A DNA stretch of 64,000 bases from an uncultured Desulfatitalea sp. (GTDB lineage: Bacteria; Desulfobacterota; Desulfobacteria; Desulfobacterales; Desulfosarcinaceae), in the NCBI GenBank assembly GCA_963668675.2, contig CAXXMB010000002.1, positions 1,280,001-1,344,000 of the forward strand, given 5' to 3'. A program made the translations under genes and the position numbers. Each line of letters opens with the position of its first letter. The first letter of the stretch is position 1. Shown here piece after piece: positions 38,231 to 48,511 of the stretch. The notes under the pieces are model-generated. The model did not search any database, was not told the origin of the DNA, and saw only the letters and a list, made by a program, of their open reading frames with translations.

Positions 38231-38416
38231 AGGCTGCGAACACATTCGGAAAATGGCGTTTTACCGGATAAGGAATTTTCACCATACGTCAGCCCGCTAC
38301 TGTTTGCAAGGAGAACATAACCTCCCTGCCTGCTGCGAGGGGGGAGTTGAAAGTTTAAAGCTGAAAGTTTAAAGTGAAGGCATCAGCCTAACAGCCTACT
38401 ATAAGGAGGTAACGAG

Positions 38417-40903
38417 ATGTCCGCACCACGTCCTGTACGATACAACCTTCACATCACACCTGATCTGGACCAGTACAGGTTCGACGGGCAGGTGGAAATT
38501 GCCTTGCAGGCCGACACCCCCGCCGACACAGTGATGCTTCATGCCCTGGAACTGGCGATCTGGAAGTGTCAATTGTGCGCAGGTGATCATCGAACCGACC
38601 TCCCTTTCGCATTGGATCCGAGCGAGGAGACGCTCACCATCCGTCTGCCCGAACCCCAAGAGGGCGAATTCGTGCTGCACATCGAGTACCAGGGTATCAT
38701 CAATGATCAGATGGCCGGTTTTTACCGCAGCCAGGCGACCCACGAAGGGCATACGGAACATTTGGCAGTGACGCAATTCCAGGAGAGCTCTGCACGCCAG
38801 GCGTTTCCGTGTATGGATCACCCGCTGCACAAGGCGGTTTTCGACCTCACCATGACCGTACCGAACCATGTGACCGCCTTGGCCAACACGCTGCCCCTCA
38901 AAGAGGAGCCCCTGGAGAATGGATACAAACAGATCTCGTTTCAACCGACACCGCTGATGTCCACCTATCTGGTCTTTTTCGGACTGGGCAACTTTGAAGT
39001 GCAGCAAGACAGTGAGGATGAACGGGTACGGTTGGCACACCTGCCAGGCATGGCCCACACCACCGGACTCGGCCTCGAGTTTGGTCGCAAGGCCCTGCAT
39101 TTCTGTGAGAACTATTACGGCGTCGACTATCCGCTGCCCAAGATGGATCTCATCGCCGTGCCCGATTTTGCCTTCGGGGCCATGGAGAACTGGGGGGCCA
39201 TCACCTTTCGCGAAAACCTGCTGCTCAACTTCCCCGGTCACACCTCCAAAGCCGGCATCGAACGCATCTGCGAGGTGATTGCCCATGAAATCGCCCACCA
39301 GTGGTTCGGCAACCTGGTCACACCGGCCGACTGGAAATACCTGTGGCTCAACGAAAGCTTTGCCACCTATTTCGGATATGGGGTGGTGGCCCATTACCAC
39401 CCCGATTGGGGAATATGGGATCAATTCCTGCACACCGAAACCGGCACGGCCTTGACCCGTGACGGCCTGCAGGAGACATTTGCCATCGAAATCCCCGGCG
39501 GTGAACACGTGGTGATCAATTCGAGCACAGCGCCGATCATCTATAACAAGGGCGCCAGCATCCTGCGCATGATCGAAGGCTACATCGGTACAGAGACCTA
39601 CCGGCAAGGGGTGCGCAGCTATCTCGACCAGCATCAGTATGCCTGTGCCGAGAGCCATCACCTGTGGCAGGCCTTTGAGAAGGTGTCGGCGCAACCCATC
39701 ACCGCCATGATGCAGAACTGGATCGGACAGCCTGGCCATCCGGTGGTCAGCGTATCGAGAAACGGCAATGAACTCACCCTGAATCAGGAGCGTTTCACCT
39801 ATCTGGATACATCCTACGACCAGGTCTGGCATATCCCGCTGACCCTGACCGCCTGGACAGCTGACGATGAGCGCAACGAAATCTCCCTGCTCATGAATGG
39901 GACCAAAGCGTCGATTACCCTGCCGGCCGACACAAAAGTGTATAAAATCAACAGCAACCAGGCAGGATTTTACCGGGTCTGCTACGAGGACGAAAACAAT
40001 CTGACCGCTCTGGGCCGAGGGATCGAAAGAGAGACAATGGGAGCGGAAGATCGGTGGGGGATCCAAAACGATCTATATGCCCTGGTACGACAAGGCCGAA
40101 CCGAACTCTCATCTTACCTCTCTTTCCTATCCCACTATGGCAAGGAGAACGCGTTTCTACCGCTGATCAGCATCGCCGGAAACCTCTTTCAGGCCATGCT
40201 GGTGGCCCCGGAAGCACAGCGCACCCACATCAAAGCCATTGGCAAAGAGATGGCTGCAACGGCGTTGGAATCGTTCGGCTATCTGCCCAGAGACGACGAA
40301 CCCCACACCACTTCCATTCTCAGGGACCAATTGCTATGGCAGGGAGCCGCCTGGGGGTTGGAAAGAGCCATCGACTTTGCAACCCAACAGTTCGACGCTT
40401 TGACCGCAGGCCAGGCGGTTCACCCCGATATCGCCAAAGCGGTGATGCAGGTCGGCGCCTGGTCCCAAGGCGGGCAGGCCTTGAACTGGCTGATCCAACG
40501 CTTTGGCCAATCACCCAGCGAACACGAGCGCATGAATATCCTCGCCGCCTTTGGCGCCCTTCAGGATTGGCATCTGGCCCGCAAAGCCCTCGCTTTCACG
40601 CTTTCCGATGTGCCCCCCCGCAACCGCTTTATGCCCATCGTGGCCCTCTCAGTTAACCCGGCCCTTCAGGATCATCTCTGGGGCTGGTACAAGGAGAACC
40701 TCAACGTCCTCGAAGATTTTCACCCCCTGCTCTACGAACGGGTCATCACCAGTATCGTGCCCTACGGCGGCCTGGGCAGGGAAGGCGAGGTTCAAGATTT
40801 CGGAGAGATGTACATCAAAACACATCCCCACCTGGCCGACGCATTTGCCCTGGCCCTGGAGAATTTAAAAATCAACCAGCGTATGCGGGAACGGTTACAA
40901 TAG
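38417..40903 (+). CDS. M1 family zinc aminopeptidase (puromycin-sensitive/tricorn interacting factor type)
   Basis: GAMEN and HEIAH-X18-E (WLNESFA) motifs; AAGGAGG RBS. Confidence 0.93.
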   Translation: MSAPRPVRYNLHITPDLDQYRFDGQVEIALQADTPADTVMLHALELAIWKCQLCAGDHRTDLPFALDPSEETLTIRLPEPQEGEFVLHIEYQGIINDQMAGFYRSQATHEGHTEHLAVTQFQESSARQAFPCMDHPLHKAVFDLTMTVPNHVTALANTLPLKEEPLENGYKQISFQPTPLMSTYLVFFGLGNFEVQQDSEDERVRLAHLPGMAHTTGLGLEFGRKALHFCENYYGVDYPLPKMDLIAVPDFAFGAMENWGAITFRENLLLNFPGHTSKAGIERICEVIAHEIAHQWFGNLVTPADWKYLWLNESFATYFGYGVVAHYHPDWGIWDQFLHTETGTALTRDGLQETFAIEIPGGEHVVINSSTAPIIYNKGASILRMIEGYIGTETYRQGVRSYLDQHQYACAESHHLWQAFEKVSAQPITAMMQNWIGQPGHPVVSVSRNGNELTLNQERFTYLDTSYDQVWHIPLTLTAWTADDERNEISLLMNGTKASITLPADTKVYKINSNQAGFYRVCYEDENNLTALGRGIERETMGAEDRWGIQNDLYALVRQGRTELSSYLSFLSHYGKENAFLPLISIAGNLFQAMLVAPEAQRTHIKAIGKEMAATALESFGYLPRDDEPHTTSILRDQLLWQGAAWGLERAIDFATQQFDALTAGQAVHPDIAKAVMQVGAWSQGGQALNWLIQRFGQSPSEHERMNILAAFGALQDWHLARKALAFTLSDVPPRNRFMPIVALSVNPALQDHLWGWYKENLNVLEDFHPLLYERVITSIVPYGGLGREGEVQDFGEMYIKTHPHLADAFALALENLKINQRMRERLQ

Positions 40904-40946
40904 GCGTATCTGACCCTTTTTGAACAGTGGATGGCATTATCGTCTA

Positions 40947-42449
40947 TCAGACGGAAAAATCGCCACTGACACGACCTGCATCCAGGCAGAGCGTATGGGT
41001 GATGCAGGCCGGCATCTCATCCGGTCGGTGGCTGATATAGAGAAGATTGGTCCTGCCCGTGGCAGCAATGGTCTCCACCATCTGCAACACGCGGCAGCGA
41101 TTGCCCTCATCAAGGCCGTTGCATGGTTCGTCCAGGATCAGCAGTCTCGGCATCTTCACCATGGCCCGTGCAATGAGAATCAGTCGCTGCTGGCCAAAGG
41201 AGAGCTGTGACATGGGATGGCCGGCCAGATCCTCCAGATGCAGTGTTCGCACCCACTGGCCTCCGGTCCGGCGCTGATCGTCGGTACAATATCGATAGAG
41301 TCCCACCGAATCGAAAAAACCCGAGCAGATCACATCAAAAGCCGTCAGCTTGCGTTGATAACGGGCCTGCAGCTCATCACCCACATACCCAATGTGCTGC
41401 TTGATCTCCCAGACCGATTCGCCCGATCCCCTGGGTCGGCCAAAAAGCTCAATTTTGTTAGCATAAGCCTGCAACTGGTCGCCGGTGATCAATTTCAGCA
41501 GCGTACTCTTACCGGCACCATTCGGTCCCGTGATGGCCCAGTTTTCCCCCGAACGCATGGACCAGTCGACCCGGTCCAAAGCAAACTGATCGCCAAACCG
41601 AACCGTCACCTGTTGCATCCGGATCAGGAACTCACCCCCGACCGCCTCTTTGGCGACCGATCGAACTGAAGCCGCTGGCGCACTTTCATGCGCCCTCTTT
41701 TCGGCAGCAGAAAGCGGCCACAGCGCACCGGCCTCTGCCCTTCTGCCCTGCCAGGCCACCCGCCCCCGGTCCACCTGCAGCACATGGGAGAAGAAGAGGG
41801 GAATCTCTTCTCTGCGATGAACGATCAACACCATCTGAGTCCCCAACGCAACCAGCCGCTCAAGAAGCTTCACTAACTGCCCGTGTGATCTTGTGTCCAA
41901 ACCATTGAACGGCTCATCCAGAATCAACAGGCACGGCTCGGCGGCCAAAGCACGTCCGATCAGCAGTTTGCGCATCTCTCCCGATGAAAGTGCCTGAATT
42001 GGTTTCCCATAAAGCGCCCCCAAACCAAGCGTCTCTGAAACCTGGTACCAGTAAGCGTCGTTCTGATCTTTTCCGTGACACTCAAGAATCCCCTGAAGGA
42101 CATCAGCGACAGCCGTGGTTTCGGTCAAGCGGCCGCTGAAATGGCGAAACTCATCGAATAGCTGCTCCTGCTGATAGAGACGATGATACTGCTCCGATGA
42201 AACCACGGCCACCCCGTAGCGTCCCTCACACAGTTCCGGATCCTGCTCGTAGTAACGCCGGACCCACCCCTGCACCACAGCCACCTCACCACTGAGCACC
42301 CCCGCCAACGTACTCTTACCGGCCCCGTTAGCCCCCCAGACCACCCAATTCTCTCCACGGCGGATCTGCCAACAGGTCCCTTCCAGCAACCAGCGATCAC
42401 GCAGGCGCACGGTGACATTATCAAGCGCGATGAATGGAGCAGCAGTCAT
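40947..42449 (-). CDS. ModF-like double ABC ATP-binding protein
   Basis: GANGAGKS/LSSGE and GPNGAGKS/LSFGQQ; RGSGESVWEIKQHIG, typical of ModF. Confidence 0.82.
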   Translation of the reverse strand: MTAAPFIALDNVTVRLRDRWLLEGTCWQIRRGENWVVWGANGAGKSTLAGVLSGEVAVVQGWVRRYYEQDPELCEGRYGVAVVSSEQYHRLYQQEQLFDEFRHFSGRLTETTAVADVLQGILECHGKDQNDAYWYQVSETLGLGALYGKPIQALSSGEMRKLLIGRALAAEPCLLILDEPFNGLDTRSHGQLVKLLERLVALGTQMVLIVHRREEIPLFFSHVLQVDRGRVAWQGRRAEAGALWPLSAAEKRAHESAPAASVRSVAKEAVGGEFLIRMQQVTVRFGDQFALDRVDWSMRSGENWAITGPNGAGKSTLLKLITGDQLQAYANKIELFGRPRGSGESVWEIKQHIGYVGDELQARYQRKLTAFDVICSGFFDSVGLYRYCTDDQRRTGGQWVRTLHLEDLAGHPMSQLSFGQQRLILIARAMVKMPRLLILDEPCNGLDEGNRCRVLQMVETIAATGRTNLLYISHRPDEMPACITHTLCLDAGRVSGDFSV

Positions 42450-42560
42450 TTATCACCTGCAAAACGCGATTTGGTGAGCTGTAGAGAAAAAAGACAAACA
42501 TAACGGTAGCGTTTAGCGATTCTTCCGTCTTCTCCATTGCATTAAACGCGCAGTCAATCA

Positions 42561-42784
42561 AACCAACCCATGGAGGTGTATCGGTCCGGGTACAGGAGTA
42601 CCCCATGCCTTCAGCGAATGATTTTACGGCTGCTTAGGGGCAGCGGAGGAAAACCGGTCCGCACTGTCTGAGCGTAGCGAGTTTGCGGACCGCCCGGAGG
42701 GCCTCTTAGCAGCCGTTAAATCATAGGGCGTCGCATGGGGTACTCCTGTACCCGGACCGATACACCGGTGCATAACCAACCATG
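42561..42784. repeat. Nested palindromic MITE/REP-like element with flanking direct repeat
   Basis: Perfect 34-bp IR 42575-42608/42733-42766; inner 21/24 IR 42618-42641/42701-42724; inner 9-bp IR 42655-42663/42684-42692; AACCAACC(C)ATG on both flanks. Confidence 0.8.
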
Positions 42785-42822
42785 CCCTGTCTATACAAGA
42801 ACCGATATAATTCTTTTCTATG

Positions 42823-42852
42823 AAAAAGAAAAGGCAGCCCAAGGCCGCCTTT
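42823..42852 (-). terminator. Intrinsic terminator of leuB
   Basis: Minus strand AAAGGCGGCC-TTG-GGCTGCCTTT followed by TCTTTTT. Confidence 0.7.
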
Positions 42853-42880
42853 CCGATAAACCATAAAGTGGTATGAGCAA

Positions 42881-43963
42881 CTAAATCCGTTCAGCCACCA
42901 TATCTCCCACTTCACTGGTGCTGTATCCCATCTTGCCTGCCGACAGGCTTTTGATCTTGTTGGCCGTAATATCCTTAACGGCATCTTCAATGGCGCGGGC
43001 CGCATCAACCTCGCCGAGAGTCTCCAGCATCATCGCCCCAGAGCAGATGGCTGCCAGAGGATTGATAATATTCTTCCCGGTATACTTGGGAGCCGATCCA
43101 CCGATGGGCTCGAACATGCTCACCCCCTCGGGGTTGATATTGCCGCCGGCAGCAATCCCCATCCCTCCCTGGGTCTCAGCGCCCAGATCGGTAATGATAT
43201 CACCGAACATATTGGAGGTGACCAACACATCAAACCACTCAGGACTCTTGACCATCCACATGCAGGTGGCATCCACGTGGTAGTACTCCCGCTTGACATC
43301 CGGATAGTCACGCTCACCAATCTCATGAAACGCCCGCTCCCACAAATCGAACACATAGGTGAGCACATTGGTTTTGCCCACCAGGCCCAACGTATTGGCA
43401 TCGCCCTTGCCGCGCGCCTTTTTGCCGAACTTGCGGGCATATTCAAACGCATAGCGCAGGCAGCGCTCGACTTGAAAGCGGTTGTAAACCATGCTCTGCA
43501 CAGCCACCTCGTGGGGCGTATTCTTCATGGAGATACCGCCGATACCCGTGTAGATACCACCCGAATTTTCGCGTATCACCGCATAGTCAATCTCTTCAGG
43601 CCCTTTATCCTTCAAGGGCGTTTCGACGCCAGGATAAAGCCGCACCGGCCGCAGGTTGATATATTGATCCAGCTCGAAACGCAGCCGCAGCAAAATTCCC
43701 TTCTCCAGAATCCCCGGCTTGACATCCGGATGGCCAATCGCCCCCAGATAGATAGCGTCAAACTGCCGCAGCTCGTCAGCCGCGTTGTCCGGCAGCACCT
43801 CGCCGGTGCGAAGATAGCGGTCACCGCCATAATCGAAATCGTTCATCTCCAGCATGAATCCGAATTTGGCCGCTGCTGCATCCAATGCCTTGCGCCCTTC
43901 TGCCACCACCTCCGGTCCGGTGCCGTCGCCCGGAATCACTGCGATTTTATACGTTTTTCCCAT
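42881..43963 (-). CDS. leuB: 3-isopropylmalate dehydrogenase
   Basis: IPGDGTGPEV, NLRP, RENS, NMFGDIITD, FEPIGGSAP and NPLA motifs; ATG at 43963. Confidence 0.88.
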   Translation of the reverse strand: MGKTYKIAVIPGDGTGPEVVAEGRKALDAAAAKFGFMLEMNDFDYGGDRYLRTGEVLPDNAADELRQFDAIYLGAIGHPDVKPGILEKGILLRLRFELDQYINLRPVRLYPGVETPLKDKGPEEIDYAVIRENSGGIYTGIGGISMKNTPHEVAVQSMVYNRFQVERCLRYAFEYARKFGKKARGKGDANTLGLVGKTNVLTYVFDLWERAFHEIGERDYPDVKREYYHVDATCMWMVKSPEWFDVLVTSNMFGDIITDLGAETQGGMGIAAGGNINPEGVSMFEPIGGSAPKYTGKNIINPLAAICSGAMMLETLGEVDAARAIEDAVKDITANKIKSLSAGKMGYSTSEVGDMVAERI

Positions 43964-44253
43964 CTCTATCTCCCTGTATGGATCCGTCACGCCTTGGCGT
44001 TGGTCCACGTTTTGATAAATCCTGCCTGTATATGCAATTCAAACCACTGGGTCAAGTGCTCTGGTTTGAATGGAGCAAAAAAGGACCTTCTTCGCCCATA
44101 CCTGCGGCACCGATGAGCTGCACACAACGCATCTCAAAGGCAAAAGGATATTAGCGGATATGGCAGGTTGGAATAACAATGAGACGGCTGGCAGGAGCTG
44201 TTGCCGTATAAAAAGAGAGACCCGATCGTCAAAGTGGCCCCTCTTGCCACGAT

Positions 44254-44514
44254 CTACTTTTGTTGCACTCGCTCCTGTGCCTGGCGGATGATATCCACGA
44301 GGCTTGAGACTTTGTCGGGAGGCGTCGCGCCAGCCAGGCGATCAAACTCTTCAGGGCTCAATCTCTCTCTGAAGTAGGCGGTCACATCGAAGGATTCCCA
44401 CCAGCAGTCGAATACCTTGAAGCAGGGCCGCCCGTCTTCGCCGCTACGGCAAAATCGGAACGGCACAGGACTGCCCAACCGCGGGCAGCGTCTCTCCAGT
44501 TCATCGTATGACAT
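44254..44514 (-). CDS. Small Cys-containing hypothetical protein
   Basis: 86 aa with RRCPRLG..FRFC..PCFKVFDCWWE (four Cys); downstream of trpB2 on the same strand. Confidence 0.7.
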   Translation of the reverse strand: MSYDELERRCPRLGSPVPFRFCRSGEDGRPCFKVFDCWWESFDVTAYFRERLSPEEFDRLAGATPPDKVSSLVDIIRQAQERVQQK

Positions 44515-44583
44515 GGCGCGGCACTTTCGCTGGGACGGCCGGTGCTAAGTCCGCACCGGCCGCCTGTAATCCGATACTGAATG

Positions 44584-45960
44584 TTATGAGCTCTTTACAC
44601 GCTGCGGCTTGGGGAAATCGGCAAAGACCGACATCGATTTTTCCATATCGTCATCGCTGAGCACAAAGTCTTTCAATTCCCCGTGAAGGAACTTCTCGTA
44701 TCCCGTCAAATCGAGCAGACCGTGACCGCTGAAATTGAAAACGATCACCTTCTCCTTGCCCTCCTCCTTGGCCTTCTTGGCCTCGGCCACCACCTGGGCA
44801 ATGGCGCTGGTGGTTTCGGGGGCCGGCACAACCCCCTCGGTGCGGGCCCAAAGGATCCCGGCTTCGAAGGCCTCGGTCTGAGCAACAGACTTGGGTGTAA
44901 TCAATCCTTCATCGGCCAGCTGACTTACCGTCGGTGCCATACCGTGATAGCGCAAACCACCGGCGTGAATGGGGGCCGGTACGAAAGCGTGCCCGAGGCT
45001 ATGCATGGGCAACAGCGGTGTATAGCGCGCCGTATCCCCATGGTCGTAGACAAACGGCGCCCGAGTCAATGTCGGACAGGCTTTGGGCTCCACCGGATAG
45101 ATCTCGATCTGCTTGCCGTTGATCTTGTCCAACACAAACGGAAAGGCCAGGCCGGCAAAGTTGCTGCCGCCACCGGCGCAGCCGATGATGATATCCGGGT
45201 ACTCATCGATCATGGCCAGCTGTTTCTTGGTCTCCAAACCAATGATCGTCTGGTGCAGCATGACATGGTTGAGGACGCTTCCCAGGGAGTAGCGGGTCTT
45301 GCCGCTCGTGTCGCCCACCGCCTGCTCGATGGCCTCGCTGATGGCGATGCCCAGGCTGCCCGGTGTATTGGGATCTTTGGCCAGTGCCTCCTGGCCGGCT
45401 TTGGTTTCGCTGCTGGGGCTGGCGATGCACTTGCCGCCCCAGGTCTCCATCATGGCTTTGCGGTAGGGTTTCTGATCGAAACTGATCCTTACCATAAAGA
45501 CTTTGCAGGTGAGGCCAAATTGGGCACAGGCAAAAGAGAGTGCGCTGCCCCATTGGCCCGCGCCGGTCTCTGTGGTTATGCGCTCGATGCCGAACACCTT
45601 ATTATAATAAGCCTGGGGCACGGCGGTGTTGGGCTTGTGGCTGCCCGGAGGGCTGGCCCCTTCATATTTGAAATAGATGCGTGCCGGTGTCCCAAGCGCC
45701 TTTTCCAGCCGATCGGCCCGGGTGAGCGGCGCCGGACGCCAGATGGAGAGGACATCCAGTACCGGCTCGGGGATATCGATCCACCGTTCGCTGCTGACCT
45801 CCTGCTCGATGAGATTCATCGGGAATACCGGCGCCAAGGCATCCGGCTGGATCGGATTACCATCGGGCCCCAAGGGCGGATTCATTTTGATGTCGGATAA
45901 AATATTGTACCATTGGCGCGGGATTTCATCTGCGGGCAATATAACGCTTTTCGCTCTCAT
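44584..45960 (-). CDS. trpB2: TrpB-like PLP-dependent enzyme (TrpB2)
   Basis: [30 protein letters not shown] and [17 protein letters not shown]. Confidence 0.92.
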   Translation of the reverse strand: MRAKSVILPADEIPRQWYNILSDIKMNPPLGPDGNPIQPDALAPVFPMNLIEQEVSSERWIDIPEPVLDVLSIWRPAPLTRADRLEKALGTPARIYFKYEGASPPGSHKPNTAVPQAYYNKVFGIERITTETGAGQWGSALSFACAQFGLTCKVFMVRISFDQKPYRKAMMETWGGKCIASPSSETKAGQEALAKDPNTPGSLGIAISEAIEQAVGDTSGKTRYSLGSVLNHVMLHQTIIGLETKKQLAMIDEYPDIIIGCAGGGSNFAGLAFPFVLDKINGKQIEIYPVEPKACPTLTRAPFVYDHGDTARYTPLLPMHSLGHAFVPAPIHAGGLRYHGMAPTVSQLADEGLITPKSVAQTEAFEAGILWARTEGVVPAPETTSAIAQVVAEAKKAKEEGKEKVIVFNFSGHGLLDLTGYEKFLHGELKDFVLSDDDMEKSMSVFADFPKPQRVKSS

Positions 45961-46234
45961 TCAACAGCCTCCTTCGTTGTATTTAAGGGCTTCTTGCAAG
46001 CCGGCGAACTCGATACTCAATCGGCACTAAAAAAGATGAAAAGCGGTCGGGTGTCAAGGCAATTCTGAATCAGCCCGCCCTCTCTTTTCAGATCTCCTCA
46101 TACAGGCGCTGCTTATGTTCCGTTTAGGGCAAAGCCGGGATCGCCCCTTGCGAACACCATTTATACCCCTATAATATGAAATCGAATCAAACGAAACCAA
46201 AAGAGCCTCAAAAAACAGAGGAAAGGAGGCTGAA

Positions 46235-46456
46235 ATGACATACACATGCAAACGCTGTGGTGCTGTAGCCAAGGAGCCGGGCCACCTGTGCAAACCGTGC
46301 AACGATCGACAAAAATGTAGATTTTGCGGCGCTTCAGATACCGATGCGCGCCATGTCTGCAAATCCAAGCTCTCCGCCATGAAATATGTGTGCGACGGTT
46401 GCGGCAGAATCGCCACCGATGCGGAGCTGTTGTGCAAACCCGCTCCCATCGGTTGA
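46235..46456 (+). CDS. Small Cys-rich putative metal-binding protein
   Basis: 73 aa, 10 Cys in three CxxCG-x7-(H/L)(L/V)C-type units; AAGGAGG RBS; TTGCGA-N16-TATAAT at 46148-46175. Confidence 0.8.
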   Translation: MTYTCKRCGAVAKEPGHLCKPCNDRQKCRFCGASDTDARHVCKSKLSAMKYVCDGCGRIATDAELLCKPAPIG

Positions 46457-46514
46457 TCCGGAAATCGCTCAAACCGGAATGGTTTCCCCCGGGCGAAGGA
46501 GACAGCAGGAACAG

Positions 46515-48293
46515 ATGACGGATAAGTCAATGCGCATGTATCCCATGCCGGAAGATCTGGCCGACCAAACCTCCGATCTTCTGTGGGACGGCTACCAGAA
46601 ATACGTCAAGGCTTTCGAGTATGTCACCAAAAGGGCCGGCGAACGATTCGAACGGCGCGACTGGCAGGGCATGCGCCAAGACACGGTGCAGCGCCTCGAT
46701 CTCTATCCCAAAGTGGTGAAGGGCACCAATCGCAAGGTTGCCGATTGCCTGGGGCTGCACGCCCAGGATCCAAACCTGTGGCGAAAAATCAAAGCCGCAT
46801 TCGTCTCGCAGGCCACGCACCGCCATGACACCGAACTGGCCTGCACCTTCTACAACTCCATCAATCGCAGAATCCTGCAGACCGTTGGTGTCGATCCCGA
46901 TCTTGAGTTTATCGCCCCCGAACCGGCTGCCGATGCGCCGGCCAATCATGCACCGCTCACCTTCTCAATGGAGGTCCCACGAGCGACAGACCACGTCATA
47001 GAGTCAGTCCTCGATCACTTCGATTTTCAAACATCCTTTGCAGACAAGGGAAATGATGCGCGTCTGTGCGCCGAACGGATCGATCTCAGGCTGAAGGCCC
47101 TCACCGGCGGTGGCATCATTCAACCACTGCACATCGACATGATCACCACACCGTTCTATAGGGAGATGGGTGCCTACCTCATCGGCCGCATTCGTTTTGG
47201 AGAAAAGCAGGTGCCGCTGGTCTTCGCTCTGGGAAACGGCGATCGAGGACTCTTTGTGGATGCTCTGCTGCTCAGACGCGACGAAATCCGCATTCTGTTC
47301 AGCTTCAGCCACACCTATTTTCATGTGCAGACCGCCTGCCCTCACGAGCTGGTCCGGTTTCTAAAAGAGCTGATGCCCACCAAACGCCTGGCAGAGCTCT
47401 ACATCGGATTGGGATACAACAAACATGGTAAAACAGAACTGTACCGCGACCTGCTCAAGCATCAAAAGGTCTGCAGCCTGGATCGCTTCGACTTTTCCGC
47501 CGGCCAACGCGGCATGGTGATGATCGCATTCAACATGCCCCAGGACGATCTGATCTACAAGCTGATCCGGGATCGCTTCGCATCCCCCAAGCACGCCACT
47601 CGTCAACAGGTGATGGAGAAGTACGATTATGTGTTCAGGCACGACCGGGCCGGCCGCTTGATCGATGTGCAGACCTTCGAGAACCTGGAAATTGAAGATT
47701 GCTGCTTTACTGCGGATCTGGTGGATGAAATCAGATCCGGCGCCACGCGCACGGCCACGGTCGAAGGGAATCGAGTGATCCTGCACCATGTCTATGTGGA
47801 GAGAAGGCTGGTACCTCTGGACCTCTATTTGAAACAAGCCGATGGCGCCGCCGCTATAGCGGCGGTCATCGACTACGGCATGGCCATCAAAGACCTTGCG
47901 TGCATCAATGTTTTTCCAGGTGATATGCTCCTGAAAAATTTCGGCGTCACCCAACTGGGCCGGGTCATCTTTTACGACTACGACGAGCTGTGCCCGCTTA
48001 CCGAATGCAATTTCCGCTGGCTGCCCCAGGCCCGTCAATACGAAGACGAACTGGCATCTGAACCATGGTATATGGTCGAAGAAAATGATGTGTTCCCTGA
48101 AGAATTTTCCCGTTTCCTGGCCATGCCACCCGATTTACGGGAGATCTTTTGCAAGCACCATGGGGATCTGCTTACTCCCGAGTTCTGGATCAGGACCCAG
48201 GAGCAGATTCGCTCGGGCGCTCTTACCCCCATCCTGCCCTACGGTCAAACGCAAAGATTGCGACCGGTGCGATCGGATAATCGCATCGGTTGA
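46515..48293 (+). CDS. aceK: Isocitrate dehydrogenase kinase/phosphatase
   Basis: TFYNSI, ILFSFS, KHGKTELYRD, GMVM, HDRAGRL, FPGDMLLKNFGV and FYDYDE motifs. Confidence 0.92.
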   Translation: MTDKSMRMYPMPEDLADQTSDLLWDGYQKYVKAFEYVTKRAGERFERRDWQGMRQDTVQRLDLYPKVVKGTNRKVADCLGLHAQDPNLWRKIKAAFVSQATHRHDTELACTFYNSINRRILQTVGVDPDLEFIAPEPAADAPANHAPLTFSMEVPRATDHVIESVLDHFDFQTSFADKGNDARLCAERIDLRLKALTGGGIIQPLHIDMITTPFYREMGAYLIGRIRFGEKQVPLVFALGNGDRGLFVDALLLRRDEIRILFSFSHTYFHVQTACPHELVRFLKELMPTKRLAELYIGLGYNKHGKTELYRDLLKHQKVCSLDRFDFSAGQRGMVMIAFNMPQDDLIYKLIRDRFASPKHATRQQVMEKYDYVFRHDRAGRLIDVQTFENLEIEDCCFTADLVDEIRSGATRTATVEGNRVILHHVYVERRLVPLDLYLKQADGAAAIAAVIDYGMAIKDLACINVFPGDMLLKNFGVTQLGRVIFYDYDELCPLTECNFRWLPQARQYEDELASEPWYMVEENDVFPEEFSRFLAMPPDLREIFCKHHGDLLTPEFWIRTQEQIRSGALTPILPYGQTQRLRPVRSDNRIG

Positions 48294-48317
48294 CAACGCC
48301 AAGTGATCGCTTATAAT
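48290..48317 (+). promoter_or_regulatory. sigma70 promoter for aceB(-aceA)
   Basis: TTGACA-N16-TATAAT overlapping the aceK stop codon. Confidence 0.65.
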
Positions 48318-48511
48318 TGTTCATTCGAATACACAGGCACCGGCCAGCGCAACCGGCTGCCATCGAACGGTAGCTGCCACTGCTCCAGGTTGTCGGGCGA
48401 TCGCTAACCACCCGCCCGACATTGGCAAATGATCAATAACCATATCGCTCTACATGAGTACTCAAAGCCGCCAGGCTTTTTAAACCATTATTCTCTTTCC
48501 GGAGGCCGACC

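Noticed and set aside
38399..40066. Long antisense ORFs (555 aa here; also 48488..49798, 44683..45900, 33820..34734, 1416..2276, 53422..54270)
   Set aside because: They are shadow frames of well-supported genes in GC-rich coding DNA and carry no recognisable motifs
42561..42784. Retron msr-msd or CRISPR interpretation of the palindromic element
   Set aside because: There is no adjacent reverse transcriptase or cas gene and no repeat-spacer periodicity
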